A stretch of 64,000 nt of DNA from contig OZ024757.1 of assembly GCA_964016885.1 (NCBI GenBank), positions 9,734,001-9,798,000 on the forward strand, given 5' to 3'. The DNA comes from Eledone cirrhosa (Eukaryota). Made by a program: the position numbers and the translations under genes. Below, piece by piece: positions 12,634 to 26,455 of this stretch. Every line of letters begins with the position of its first letter. Position 1 is the first letter of the stretch. The notes under the pieces are model-generated. The model was not told where the DNA came from. It saw nothing but the letters and a program-made list of their open reading frames with translations, and did not search any database.

Positions 12634-13716
12634 CTACAGATTTGATAGGAAATATATATATATTAGGTTGATATGTGGTCTAAAATATATATATTGTCTA
12701 TAAATGACTGATAGCAGATGTTCTGGTGAAATAGTAGTTTTACTACTACAGATTGTAATGGAACTCTTAGTAGACACAATTGTAAAGTAAGAATAGATAT
12801 GACAGTGTAAGACTGATGGCGGGGAATTAAAATTGTGTATATATATATATGTAATTGTTACACAAGATATAATTAGATTAAGAAGACAGCAGGTTCTCGG
12901 TGTCATTGGAAATGGTTTAACACCTTACCGGTGTCATTAGTTGAAAGTCCCTGATATAATTTAATACATCCAGACAGTTCCAATCGTATTTAATCGATAG
13001 TAAATGAAAAGGTATCACTCAGTAAAATATCAATTATATATCGATGTAGTGTCTCTGACTGCTAGAAATAGCAGTGAAATTATCCATTACAGACTTTTCT
13101 TTCTTTAAACTCTTACGTTTAGTAAATGTTTGTGTTGAGAATGTGTGTTTTTGTGTATTGTATCACAGAAGTCACCATTGAAGATGTTAAAAGAAATGTT
13201 GTTGAAAATAGCATCGTACGACTTTGTAATTGTTTATATATAATTTATTTACAGATTACGAAGGTTAGAAGAATGTCTCTTGAGAGGATAGTTAATGTTA
13301 TCAATAAAAAGATTATAAAGATTTAAAGACGTACGGTCAACTGGCTGAGGCATTAGCCAGACCTGTAGTGATATCTGTTGCTACATATTGTCTATGCTTG
13401 AGGAAGGAAAGCAAGAGATGTTTACCTTCACGGTGTCGAGCTGCAAGAGAGAGAGTTTCGAATCTCCGCGGGAATTTTTCCTTCTGGGCGGAGGTCGAGA
13501 TACATTTTCCTAAGCTGGTAACGATTGGCTGAACTGAGCCAAACAACGCACAGAGAATGTATCCATGAGCCCTCGGAATGTAGGTCACTACAATACCCCC
13601 TAATTAGTCTACAAGACGATATATAAGATTGAATCAGCAGGAAAAACGCTTAAAGAGAGGACATCAATGAATATATATGTATATATATATGTATGTATAT
13701 ATGATATATATATGTA

Positions 13717-14600
13717 CAGGTGTGGACGATATTTGGTCGCAATTTTCAACTGCTAATTTTGTGCAAATTTTTTTTACTTTCGTTGTCACTCTTGTTCTCA
13801 TAAAAACAGTGACTATATTTCCATTATTTTCAGAATAATTGATTATGAATAATTTTGACCCCCCAAATTTGTAGAAGAGACACGGAGGTCTTCTTGGAAT
13901 CAGCGCCGGGAGGACAAATAAGACCAGAAGATCAACTCCCAGAACAACATGTGGCTCGTCTCATCAAAAGACGTGCCCAGAGTCATGCAGATAAAGTTTC
14001 CAGCGACAACATTGGTCTTAGGTGTCGTCAGCAGTCAAGGTGACGTAATACCCCCTCACTGCTTCCCTGAGGGCCTCAAGCTGAACACCGATGTCTACAT
14101 CCGTGTTCTGAACGAGGTAGTCAAGCCCTGGATCGACCAGGTAGCTGCAGGTAGGCCGTACGTGTGGCAGCAAGACTCAGCGCCCTGCCATACCAGCCGA
14201 AAGGTCCAAGCCTGGCTGTCAGAGAACTTTGTCGACCTCACCTCTCCTAACATCTGGCCTCCCAGCTAGCCTGACTGCAACCCCTTCGACTTCTTTGTGT
14301 GGGGTGCAGTGGAACGAGACACCAACAAATCCAGCTGCAATACGAAAGATGATCTGAAGCCCAGGATCACAAGTGCCTTTAGGGGCCTAAGTCAGGGGAC
14401 AGTGACGAAGGCCTGTAGCCGGTTCCGAGGCTGCCTTGAGGCCATCATCAAAGCCAATGGCGGGTTTATCGAGTGAGATTGAAAGAACAAGTCATGGAGA
14501 CAAACTGACCCAAGTTTGATAAATAAATCTTAAAAAACAAAACTACTGTGTTATTTTTTCCTAGACAGTAATCTTGCAAACAAATATCGTCCGCACCCTG
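13717..14600 (+). mobile_element. Tc1/mariner-superfamily DNA transposon, DD37D (maT-like), internally deleted, pseudogenised
   Basis: TIRs CAGGTGTGGACGATATTTG / CAAATATCGTCCGCACCCTG with TA flanks. Catalytic region WQQDSAPCH..WPPS*PDCNPFD has 37 residues between the second and third D. Confidence 0.85.
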
Positions 14601-14957
14601 TATATATACATATATAATATATGATATATTATAATAATATATGTATATAATATATATACCACCATCATCACTGTTTAATGTCCGTTCTTCTATGCTAGCA
14701 TGGGTTAGACGGGTTGTCCTGTTGTGGGCAGTGTCCAGTTGGCTGACCTTGTCTTGCTCATACGGGAACTGATTCTGGCTTGATTTCTACAGCTGGATGT
14801 CCTTCCTAACACCAACCTCATTTACACTGAGTGCTGGGTACATTTCTTCCATGGTGCCAACATGTCCACTTTATAGTGTGGGTTGATATATATATAATAT
14901 ATATATATTATATATAATATATATAACATATATATATATATATATATAATATAATAT

Positions 14958-17535
14958 AGTATTAAGCACACTATTTATGGTTATGTATATACTAAAACCT
15001 TTTATAGTTATATATATGTTAAACCCTAAATAGTGAAAGACTAATTTATTACTACCTTATTACCAGTAAGATAGCTGAATGTAATAACATCAGTTGTTCT
15101 ACAGAGCAGTTATATAGAAATTACATGAATCAAAGTTCTGTTCAAACCATTTATTAGCTTACAATTGTTTCGTCCAAACCGAGGTTTGGAGTCTTCGGAG
15201 CAATTTTTCAATGATTGTTTACATACATGACCTCCTTTCCAACACAAGAGACATACAGAAACATATGTATATATTGATGCACAGTGGGTTGACATCCATT
15301 ATAATATTTTAGCATGGCAATTTACATTCAAAGATTAAAGTCATATTAAAAGAAAATTAAAGTTAAAATACAACATCGGCAGTTTACGAAGATAATGCAA
15401 GAGTGTCTTATTTATATAAGATTATAGTGCGGCAAGGTGTTATATGGAATACAAGCACTTTAAGCGGGCAATCAAGAGTACTATGGGGGTTGTATTGGTA
15501 AAGTATTTTTTATGTATGATATAGAAGCTTGTGTGCAGAGAAATATTAAAAATGAGAAGCAAAATAATGTTATGGTTTTCGTATACACCACCATTTTCAC
15601 AATCCAGGAAACGTAATATATAGATTATATGTCCTTCACATAATCTACGATGATTCAGTATTGGATTCTTGATGAATTAGGTTAGATTATTACAGCTTGT
15701 TGTTCTTTAATCCAATTTTATAGAGCAGGTTGTTTTTGTTGCGAGAATTAACATCGTTTTATTTTCCGGAAGTGTGCGTGTGATTAAGGGGAGTTAATGC
15801 GTGAGGGGAGGTAACTAGCTGATTTCTATAACTAAATTTATTATCCCAATGTACATTAAATGGTGTCCCAATTGAGTCTCTATCGTATATGGTTATAAAC
15901 ACTTTCTAAATTTAAGTAGCCTATCTTTAAATTACACTCTAGTCTATCAAGAAGTACCAAAGGTGTCCATATTAGGATGATTACCCCCATCATAGAGTGC
16001 CACAACTGAATATTCCACATGAAGTGTCAGATCTCATAAATCAATGATCTTTGTAAATGTAGTCTACCCACAGAACTTGGCAGGGTTTTATTAGAACCAC
16101 GTCTATATATAACCCCTGGTAAGCTCTGGGTCAGCGCATGTCTGATTGCATGGCAAAGTTAAATATCTCTAGGGTAGACCAGAGAGCAATTCTCACTTAC
16201 AATGTCACTAATTTGTCTATCCAGTCATACATGTATGTATAACTCATATACCGCTTGTACATAATTCATTGTACTCAGCATATAGGTTATATAGCTCTTT
16301 TATGTTAATAAATTAATCTTCTATTTATCCAATGATGGCACTCCATACACAGAACAACATTAGCACAACCAATTCAGTGTTTAAAGTTTACATTTAATTA
16401 TATAGTGGTGTAATGAAGTAATTGAAGGCAATTATACCAAAAGTAGATGTACATGGGGATATTTCTAGGGTAAAAGGTTCTAGATAGATGTCACTATTTG
16501 TGTTAAGATAGGGTGGATCATTGAGTGTGGAGTAAGCTGTGCCCTTGAGGTGTGTTGCTAGAGGTGGTGACGGGTTCAAGCCAGACATTGCTATATATTG
16601 GGTTTAAAGTTTTGGAAGGAGTGTCGGAAGCGGTGCTGGCAAGACACGAACACTTCTGATTTTTATTAAGGAGGTTATGGTTTGAGAAGAAAATAGTATG
16701 GGTCTCTAGTAGACAGAGGTTACAAAATTTATTAGGTGGTTTGTACAATGCCGCCTTACCTATCACTTCCCATTTAAGTGTATAAGATTTATTTTTAGTT
16801 TTTAGATAGTGTATGTAGCTAGATAGTGAAGTGGAGTTGGCTAGACTGAATTTTTTGAAAGAGTGGAGGTGCGAATTGTATCTGGTTTTGAAGCAGTTTG
16901 AAGTAGAGCCTATATAGGTTTCAGAAGAGTTGCAAGTTGTGACGGTGCATGAGTATATGATGTCCTTGATTAAGCAGTTTTTATCTAAAGGGCAGGTTCT
17001 ATTATATCTACAGTTACAATTATTCTGGGTGTTAGTCTGCCGGTTATTATGTTGTGTAGAAGTCTGGATGGTAGCTATAGGATTATGGTTATGGGGGTTG
17101 TCGTTCCCAGCGTTATTGCTTACACTAGTGCTATTACTATTGTTAGTTGATATAATGTTATTTTGAAGGTTTACCGCCTGCTACGATTTAGTTTGTTGGA
17201 AGTAAGAATTAATTTTTCTTTTATTGCTATGATGATGATTATGACTATGATGATGATTATGATGCTACTAGCTATGTTAGGCGTAGTAGAGTAGGAGATG
17301 TTAATTGTGTTTTTGTTTAAAAGGCTATGGTACTTGTGGCCAGATGGGAAGTTTTTATCTAGGAGTGAGAAAAAAGCCCTAAGTAGGTTGGTAGAGACGT
17401 TTAGATTGAAAGGAGGGTTGAAAAATGTATTATTTCTTCTTCTATTTTTGTTTTTTATGACTGGTGAGTTGTTTCCTTTTATGGTACTATGGTAATTTCT
17501 ATGGTACTATGGTAATTTTATGGTACTATGGTAAT
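14958..17535 (-). mobile_element. 5'-truncated Penelope-like element (GIY-YIG end plus long 3' tail with hammerhead); coding motifs resemble the Hydra clade
   Basis: Minus strand ~17460-16600 reads FFNPPFNLNVSTN..KNFPSGHKYHSLLNKNTINISYS, then NCRYNRTCPLDKNCL..IIYSC..TYIGST..KFCNLCLLE..LLNK. It is absent from the equivalent B/C junction. Hammerhead motif at 15153-15204. Confidence 0.75.
15153..15204 (-). ncRNA. Minimal type I hammerhead ribozyme motif (variant core)
   Basis: RNA AUUGCU-CCGAAGA-C-UCCAAACC-UC-GGUUUGGA-C-GAAA-C-AAUU-G-UA/AGCUAAU: long stem II, palindromic stem III loop, GUA cleavage triplet, stem I GCU/AGC. Deviations are U4C and a C-C at the base of stem II. Confidence 0.65.
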
Positions 17536-17870
17536 TATAGTGCTGTGAGTGTTTTGAGAAAAAGAATTTCAAATTTTCAATGCCCTAGAGACCGCATTAG
17601 GCGATTTAGCGATCTCCGGGCCATTCTGCTAGTAATATATATATAATATATATGGCTTAGTGGTTAGAGCACTGGGCTTGTAATTGAAAGGTTGTGAGTT
17701 CAATTCTCGGACCGGGTGATGTGTTATGTCCTTGAGCAAGACACTTTATTTCACTGTGCTCCTTCTACCTGGAATTGTGACCAACAGATAGTATTAGCAA
17801 TTGGAAAGACCAATGGAAACATTATTTCTTCGGTCCAATTTGACGAAAGTTGATCGACTGAAGATATATG

Positions 17871-20075
17871 TCATCATCATCATCATCAACGTTTAACGTC
17901 CATGTTCCACGCTTGCATGGGTTTGGACGGGGGTATTCCCACTTGAGTCAAGAGTGATTGTCTTGCTCGCATAGGACTGTCTGGCAGGTTTTCTACAGTT
18001 GGATGCCCTTCCTAACACCAACCACATTTACAGTGTGGGTCTGGGAGGTTTTTACCGTGTTGCCTACACGGCCACATTACAGCGTGGACTATGTGTTTTT
18101 TTGTCGTGACACCTAAACGATCTCATTTGTTTCGGCCTGGATGGCGTGGCACCAACATAACTTTACATAGAAGGGGGTGGTGTGGATGGGGTGGGGGTGG
18201 TGGGACGGGGTGTATTTTGTTAGAGATGCCTACTGGCTGTAGTAGGTTTTACTATGTATTTAGGTAAGGCGGGTCTTCTCTGTTACTGAGTACTGCCAAA
18301 GGTATCGGTCCAGTGACATTGTCTTGGAGAGGTGTAAGTGTGTGAGGTAGGAGTTTATCAGCTCGTCCCAGGTTTTTCTAGGTCTGCCTATTCCGTGGCT
18401 ACCGTCTATCTTTATTGCCCTGCACTTTGTTATACAGCTATCGACTTTCATGCGCATCACGTGTCCATACCAACGTAGCCTTCTCTCGAGTAAACAACAT
18501 CTGATCCCTCTTATTTCTAATTTTTTCCTTAGTTCGTTTATGCTTTGCCGTTCACGTATATTACTGTTACACATCCAGCGGAGCATGCAAGCTTCGTTCC
18601 TCTCTAGTCTGCGTATATCCTCTGCACACAATGCCCAGGTCTCACTGCCATGCAGCATTGCTGTTCGTATGCAGGCATCATACAACCTGCCTTTCATTTT
18701 TAGAGAAAACCCTTTAGCAGCTAATAGTGGTATAAGCTCTCTGAACTTTTTCCAACCAGTTCTGACTCTAGCTACAGTACTTTCAGAGCACCCTCCCCCA
18801 CTGCTGATTTTATCACCCAGGTAACGGAAACTGTCCACTATTTCTATAGGACCCTCTGCGCAATTGAAAGAGCTAGTATTTGTGGGCACTTGCTGCTACT
18901 TATTGCACCAGAGCACCAGCCACATGTAAAATCTATGTTCTTAGTTAGCTTACCTGTGATCCCACTACATCTTTTATGCACCCATACTTTGCATTTGGGA
19001 CATAAAATGGAGTTTCTATCTACGCCTTTCCTACACACTGAGCATGGCCATTTCCCAGAAGGGACCGCCGCCTTATTTTCTTTCCTACAAACTAGAACTT
19101 AAGTCCTTTTGATTCTAGGCCGTGCTTCCATGTTTGGAATTTCTTCTCTAGCTCGGCCATTGATTCAGCTATGAGTGTTAGGTCATCTGCGTATAGGAGT
19201 TCCCATGGGCAGCCGGTTTTGAACTCCTCTGTTATAGCCTGAAGGGCAATAATAAATAGTAGGGGGCTGAGAACATAGCCCTGATGGACGCCAACTTTTA
19301 CGCTAAACTCTTCACTATATTCGTTGTTAATTCTAACCTTGCTGACTGTTTCTTTATACATGGCTTGTATAGCTCTCACAAGCCATTCGTCAACACCTAG
19401 TTTTCTAAGAGCCCACCAGATAATGGAACGGGGGACTCTGTCGAAGGCTTTCTCCAAGTCGACAAAAGCTAAGTAGAGGGGTTTACCTTTAGCTAGGTAC
19501 TTCTCCTGTAGTTGTCGTACAATGAAAAGAGCGTCTGTGGTACTTTTGCCTGACACAAACCCGAACTGCATTTCATCTAGGTCAATTCTCTCTCTGATTA
19601 GTTGCGCTATTACTTTTTCCGTGACCTTCATGACCTGGTCGATTAATTTAATGCCTCTATAGTTACTCCTATCTAGGGCATCTCCTTTACCCTTATAACA
19701 GTTAACGATGATGCTGCTATGCCAGTCCTTCGGAACAACCCCATTCTGTACGACTTGGTTAACTATGCGGGCGACCATGGTGTGTCCCACCGTGCCAGAT
19801 GCCTTCAGCATCTCGGCAACTATTTCCGAAGGCCCAGCCGCCTTACCCGTCTTCATATCCTTGATTGCCTTACTTATTATACTCCCCTCGACTAACACTG
19901 CTGGTCCCTCTATTGGGTCGATGTGGGAGAGACAGTCTTTTCCCATTTATTCTCCTCATTTAGTAGCCTTTCATAATGACACTTCCAAGCTACCTTCTTA
20001 TCAGCGTCGGTGATAGCAAGTACGCCGTCATCATTAAGTACACACTTCTCCCCGACAATATCACGGTTTTCCTTG
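17871..20075 (-). mobile_element. 5'-truncated RTE LINE, relatively young, specific to unit B
   Basis: Long minus ORFs 19092-19946 (RT, LLYADDL), 18844-19038 (PHD-like) and 18260-18889. (CAT)n tail at 17871. Empty site in units A (~3510) and C (~31800). Confidence 0.92.
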
Positions 20076-22135
20076 TATATATATATATTATACATATATA
20101 TATTATACATATATATATATGTGTGTCACTTGCTGGATCTGCTAGAAGGACCCAGATAATATGAGATGTTCTCCCGGCTGTATCATACACTGCAAATCTA
20201 TGCAGATGTATACACATATATACACAAACACATAAAGATACACATGTAATTATACACACATAGAAGTGGTTGATAGCTTCTGTGACTTAATTAGCAGTGG
20301 AGGATGACTGTATAACACCTGCCAATAAAATATGATGCTGCATGGTAGTGAAACAAGGGCTGTGACAGCAGAAAAAAGTGTAGACTGGAGAGAAATGAAG
20401 CAACCATGCTTCATTGGATGTGCCATTTAAGTGTGAGAGAAAGGCAGAGTGTGGACAAGTTGAGGGAGAAGCTGGGTTTAAGAGGGATCTTAAGAGATGT
20501 GTAAGAGAGAAGACTGCATTGCTACAGACATGTAATACACATGGATAATGTCAGCTGGGTGAAGAAGTGCCAGGACATCCCATTAGAAGGAAGCCATAGT
20601 AGAGGTAGACCAAGAAAGACCTGGACAGAGGCTGTGTGAACTGACTTCAAATGACTGACTCTCAAAGAGGAGATGACAAAGGAACACAACAAGTTCAAAG
20701 ATGCCATGTTGAGAAGGACATGTCCAACCCAAGGAAGCATCGAAAAAACGAACATAAAAACAGTGATGATGTTGATGAAGATGACGTACATATACACACA
20801 TACATAATAAATAAATCAAATACAGATATGCACAGTGGAGGCACATGTCTTAGTGGTTAGAGCATTGGCCTTGCAATCGAAAGGTTGTGAGTTCAATTCT
20901 CAGACCGTGTGATGTGTTGTTTCCTTGAGCAAGACACTTTATTTCACATTGCTCCAGTTTACTCAGCTGTAGAAATGAGATGATAGGGACTGGGGTTCAT
21001 ATCATTCCACTGCAAAGTGGTCGTGGAAGTGCCACGGCAAAAAAGCACCCAGCACTCTCTGTAAATGAGGTTGGTGTTAAGAAGGGCATCCAGCTGTAGA
21101 AATCAAGTCAGAATCAGTTCAGTCCCACCTTCAAGCAGGGAAAAGTGGACGTTAAATTATGATGATGATGATGATATGCACATACTTATATACAAACATA
21201 TACATGGACACAAATTTCTACACACATACATTCACATATATATAACATATGTCAATTCTGAACAATACAGTTTTCTCAGCACAACTCTTGGTTACAACTT
21301 CTACAAATAAAAGTAAAGGAGAATAATTTCTTAGTGAAACAGTTTTATTCAAGATATTAACAACATTGGTGGCAGTATTTTAGGTGAGTGACATGGTTTT
21401 TATCTTGTCTGATTGTGTTTGTGTTGCATCAAGTAACCTTTACAAGAGAATTATTTACCACAGACACCACAGTGATATGGTTCCTCTCGTGTATGTTAGT
21501 GTGTGGGGAAGCCAGAACATTTACAGAATTATTTAGCACAGACATCACAGTGATATGGTTCCTCTCCTGTATGTTAGTGTCTAGTGAAGCCACAACATAT
21601 AGAGAAGGATTTACCACAGACATCACAGTGATATGGTTCCTCTCCTGTATATGTTAGTGTGTAGTGAAGCCACAACATTTAGAGAATGATTTATCACAGA
21701 CATCACAGGGATATGGTTCCTCTCCTGTGTGTTAGTGTTTAGTGAAACCAAAATTAGAAAATGATTTACATGGGTGGAGGTGGCGAGAGCAGACGTTTGA
21801 AGCTCACGGTGGAGATGACGAAGGACCGTGACAAGTGGAGAGATGCTTTGCTGAATAGGACCCATCCCACACATGGAAGCAGGGAAAAGTGGACGTAAAA
21901 TGATGATGATGATGATGCTATGGTTTCCCTCATCTATGCATATATTTAGTTAAATTGCTCCATTAAAAGATATATTTTCCAAACATATCAAAGTGATATG
22001 GCTTCCCACCTGTATATGATTGTGTGAAGTTAATGTAGCATTGAAAGAGAATGATTTACCATAGATATTACACTGATATATATTTGTATTCTCATTAATT
22101 CACAATTTTGAGGATTTATCACTGATGTCAATGCA

Positions 22136-23575
22136 TTAAGATTTCTCCTCTGCATGTATGAGTTTGTGAGTAGTTAGGCTACTTTCCCCAGAGAATGATA
22201 TACCACAGATATCACAGTGATATGGCTTGTCTCCTGTATGTATACGTTTGTGGCTAGTTAAGGTACTATTTAAAGAGAATGATTTACCAGAGATATCACA
22301 GTGATATGGCTTGTCTCCTCTATGGGAACGTTTGTGTCTAGTTAAGGTACTATTTAAAGAGAATGATTTACCACAGATATCACAGTGATATGGCTTGTCT
22401 CCTGTATGTATACATTTGTGGCTAGTTAGGGCATTACTTTCAGTGAATGATTTACCACAGATATCACAGTGGTATGCCTTGTCTCCTGTATGGGTACGTA
22501 TGTGTCTGGTTAAGTGACTACTTTGAGAGAATGATTTACCACAGATATCACAGTGGTATGGCTTGTCTCCTGTATGGGAACGTTTGTGTCTAGTTAGGGT
22601 ACTACTATCAGAGAATGATTTACCACAGATATCACAGTGATATGGCTTGTCTCCTGTATGTATACGTCTGTGTCTAGTTAAGGTAATACTTTGAGAGAAT
22701 GATTTACCACAGATATCACAGTGATATGGCTTGTCACCTGTATGGGTACGTTTGTGTGTAGTTAAGGTACTATTAGAGAATGATTTACCACAGATATCGC
22801 AGTGAAATGGCTTGTCTCCTGTATGAATACGTTTGTGGCTAGTTAAGGCACTACTTTGAGAGAATGATTTACCACAGATATCACAGTGATATGGCTTCTC
22901 TCCTGTATGTGTATGTTTGTGAATAATTAAGGTACCACTTTGAGAGAATGATTTACCACAGATATCGCAGTTATATGGCTTGTCTCCTGTATGGGTATAT
23001 ATGTGTACCGTTAAGTTACTACTTTGAGAGAATGATTTACCACAGATATCACAGTGGTATGGCTTGTCTCCTGTATGTATACGTTTGTGGCTAGTTAAGG
23101 CACCACTATCAGAGAAAGATTTACCACAGATACCACAGTGATATGGCTTGTCTCCTGTATGTATATGTTTGTGGTAAGTTAAGTGACTACTTTGAGAGAA
23201 TGATTTACCACAGATGTCACAGTGGTATGGCTTGTCTCCTGTATGTATTTGTTTGTGTCTAGTTAAGGTACTATTTACAGAGAATGATTTACCACATATA
23301 TCACAGTGGTATGGCTTGTCACCTGTATGTAAATGGTTGTGAGTAGTTAAGGTACTACTTATAGTGAATGATTTACCACAGATCTCACAGTGATATGGCT
23401 TCTCACCTGTATGTATATGGTTGTGACTAGTTAGGCTTCTTTTCCCAGAGAATGATTTACCACAGATATTGCAGTGATATGGTTTCTCTTCTCCAACCTT
23501 TGTCATCTCACCAGGAATACTAAACATTTTCGATTGTGTTTCGCATTTAACCTTTTCACTCAATTTATTTTCCAT
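22136..23575 (-). CDS. C2H2 zinc-finger protein, 479 aa, 16 tandem fingers (cephalopod-type poly-ZNF)
   Basis: Uninterrupted ORF: a 32-aa leader then 16 [17 protein letters not shown] units. Finger 9 is one residue short and finger 15 has C>S. Confidence 0.92.
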   Translation of the reverse strand: MENKLSEKVKCETQSKMFSIPGEMTKVGEEKPYHCNICGKSFSGKRSLTSHNHIHTGEKPYHCEICGKSFTISSTLTTHNHLHTGDKPYHCDICGKSFSVNSTLTRHKQIHTGDKPYHCDICGKSFSQSSHLTYHKHIHTGDKPYHCGICGKSFSDSGALTSHKRIHTGDKPYHCDICGKSFSQSSNLTVHIYTHTGDKPYNCDICGKSFSQSGTLIIHKHTHTGEKPYHCDICGKSFSQSSALTSHKRIHTGDKPFHCDICGKSFSNSTLTTHKRTHTGDKPYHCDICGKSFSQSITLTRHRRIHTGDKPYHCDICGKSFSDSSTLTRHKRSHTGDKPYHCDICGKSFSQSSHLTRHIRTHTGDKAYHCDICGKSFTESNALTSHKCIHTGDKPYHCDICGKSFSLNSTLTRHKRSHRGDKPYHCDISGKSFSLNSTLTSHKRIHTGDKPYHCDICGISFSGESSLTTHKLIHAEEKS

Positions 23576-25029
23576 AATAATTTTATATCCAACAGAATAT
23601 ACTTGTAATATTTTTTAGATTATATTCCTAAAAAATATATCTTCTATATTTCCCTCAACTGTGATTTCAGTTAATAGTCTTCAAATGATGATAAATAGAG
23701 GTGAGGTATCCAAGATTGAAAATAATAATTTATCGCAATGTCATCTGGTATTCTGAAATAAGATAGAAACAGTATGAGATAATACAGAATACTTAAGAAG
23801 CAGAGATAGATTTAATAGTGTAAATTTTATATTTCTATATTGGTAAACTGTAGATATCAACTTTCCTGTCCAGAGTAATTCTCTGCAATGTAAGCAGTGG
23901 TATTCCAGCATGCTCTATAAATGTCATCCTTCTATCTTTAGAGAGGTCTGCTCTATGGCAGTTAAGTGAAAAATTCATTCTGATATGAATTTCTAACATA
24001 GCTATTATCTCCTCTCCTGGTGACATGTCAACACCAGTTTAACTTCCATCTTTTTATTAGTAGGACTCAATTGTTCCTCTATATCTTTATCTTACTTCTT
24101 TTCCATCTTTCTCTGGGAGAAATCAGCTGTGTTTAGACGAGGAGTTACGAGTCTATATGAATCCATACAATATCTGATTTCACTTGAAGTTTTATTCAGA
24201 TCTCAACTGTGTTCCAATGAGAGAGGTGATGGGCTCCATCAGGTTTTAAAATATGCCAGAGAAATACGCTATGTCACTTAGAGTACCCTTACGACTCCAC
24301 CAGTGTTTCATTTGTTTAGGACTATGTCTGGGTTAGCCAGCCAAGTATCAGTAGAAGGGAAAACAGGGCCCTGATCCCCTCAGAATAATAGCTTTGCTCA
24401 GTGTGCTAGAAAGGTGGAGGTAGAAATTCTATTCTCTGTCCAAAATACAAACAATGGCTACACAAGAGATGTAGTGGGATCTCAGTATATATATATATAC
24501 ATTAAGACAATGTCACTGGACCGAGATCTTTGGCGCTACTCAGTAATACAGAAGACTCGCCTTGCCTATGTACAAAGCAAAACCTACTGTCAGTAGGCAC
24601 CTCTTAACTAAATATACACCCCCATCCCACTACCCAACCCCACATCCCCATCAACACCTCCCTTTCTCTGTAAAGTTATGTTGGTACCACAACATCCAGT
24701 CCTAAATAAATGAGGTCGTGTAGGTGTCACGACTAAAAAATACACAGTCCACGCTGTAATGTGGCAGTGTCGGTAACATGGTAAAACCTCACAGTCCACA
24801 CTGTAAACGTGGTTGGTGTTAGGAAGGATATCCAGCCATAGAAAACCTGCCATCTAGTCCTATACAAGTGAGACACAGTCACCCGACCAATCTTGCCTCG
24901 AGTGGGACAATTCCCGTCTAAACCCATGCCAGCGTGGAAGGTAGACGTTAAACGATGATGGTGATGATGACAAGCAATATATATAATCTAAGTAGAATGG
25001 TATAATGAAAGCATATAATGTAGGTACAG

Positions 25030-26455
25030 CAGTATTCTCATAAATTGCTACAAAGGTAAAGGGGATGCTATAGAGAGGAGCAATTATAGGGGCATAAAGC
25101 TGATGGATCAGGTTATGAAAGTGGCAGAGAGAATATTAGCGCAGCTGATTAGAGAAAAGGTCAATTTAGATGAGATGCAGTTTGGTTTTGTGCCTCGGAA
25201 AAGTACAACAGAAGCCCTCTTCTTAGTGAGGCAACTACAAGAGAGGTTCTTAGAGAAGAATAAGTCTCTATACTTAGCTTTTGTTAGGGTACCCCGATCT
25301 GCCATCTGGTGGTCCATAAGGAAATTAGGTGTAGAGGAATGGCTTGTGAGGACAGTGCAAGCTATGTACAGGGGTGCTGTCAGTAAAGTGAGGGTAGGAA
25401 TGGAGTTTAGTGAGGAATTCCAGATACAAGTAGGTGTACATCAAGGTTCGGTCCTCAGCCCACTCTTGTTCGTTATAGGCCTCCAAGCCATAAAAGAGGA
25501 GTTTAAGACTGGATGCCCATGGGAACTTCTCTATGCTGATGAACTGGTTCTTATAGCAGAATCAGTAGAGGAGCTAGAGAATAAATTCTGGCTATGGAAA
25601 CAGCAGTTGGAATCAAGAGGCCTGAGAGTGAACATAGCTTAAACAAAAGTGTTGATGAGTAGAAAAGAGGACAAAACTCTGATTCCATCAGGGAAATGGC
25701 CATGTTCGATATATAGGAAACGAACTGGCATAAATTCCATAAAATGTACGCAATGCAGATGTTGGGTACACAAGAGATGTAGTGGGATAGCAGGCAAACT
25801 AACAGGTAGAGATAACTATGTATGCAGTAGATGTACAGGGAAAGTTGGCAGTAGTAATCACAGTGATAGACACATTTTTCAAATACAGGTGGGTTCTAGA
25901 GATGTGGTTGATAGCTTCCGGTACCTAGGTGATCAGATTAGCATGGGAGGGGTGGGGTGGGGTGGGGGGTTCTGAGGCCATAGTATCTAAAATAAGGATG
26001 GGTTGGAAGAAGTTTAGGGAGTTGCTTTCTCTGTTGACAAAGAAGGGTTTCTCCCTGCATACGAAAGGATGGTTATATGATGCCTGTGTGAGATGTGTGA
26101 TGCTGCATGGTAGTGAGACATGGGCAACAACTGCAAAGGATATGTGACGGCAGGAGAGAAGCAAGCATGCTCCGTTGGATGTGCAATGTCAATGTGTGTG
26201 AACGACCAAGCATAGATGAGTTGAGAAAGAAACTGGGTATAAGAGGGATAGGTTGTGGTGTGCAGGAGAGAAGACTGAGATGGTATGGACATGTGACCAC
26301 TGGGTAAAGAAGTGCCAAATAATCCCAGTAGTAGGAAGACATGGTAGAGGTAGACCACGTAAAACATGGGCGGAGGTGGTGAGAGAAGACCTCAGATCGT
26401 TGAAACTCACCGAGGAGATGCAAGCAGGGAAAAACAGACGTAAAATGATGATGAT
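25030..26455 (+). mobile_element. 5'-truncated degenerate RTE LINE, unit B copy
   Basis: Paralogue of 8430-9842; ORFs 25103-25642, 25649-25975, 25929-26147. Confidence 0.9.

Larger units (their letters stand above)
2550..14957. repeat. Tandem segmental duplication unit A (zinc-finger gene plus flanking TE mosaic)
   Basis: Collinear similarity to ~17536-31330 and ~31331-43055 (same order: SINE, RTE fragments, ZNF gene, 115-bp repeat; mariner in A and B). Confidence 0.9.

Noticed and set aside
12880-12960. Possible degenerate hammerhead on the minus strand (also ~27900, ~42830)
   Set aside because: Core and stems could not be assembled consistently in any copy.
22136-23480. 84-bp periodic repeats resembling a CRISPR array
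   Set aside because: They are in-frame C2H2 finger units in eukaryotic DNA, with no cas genes.
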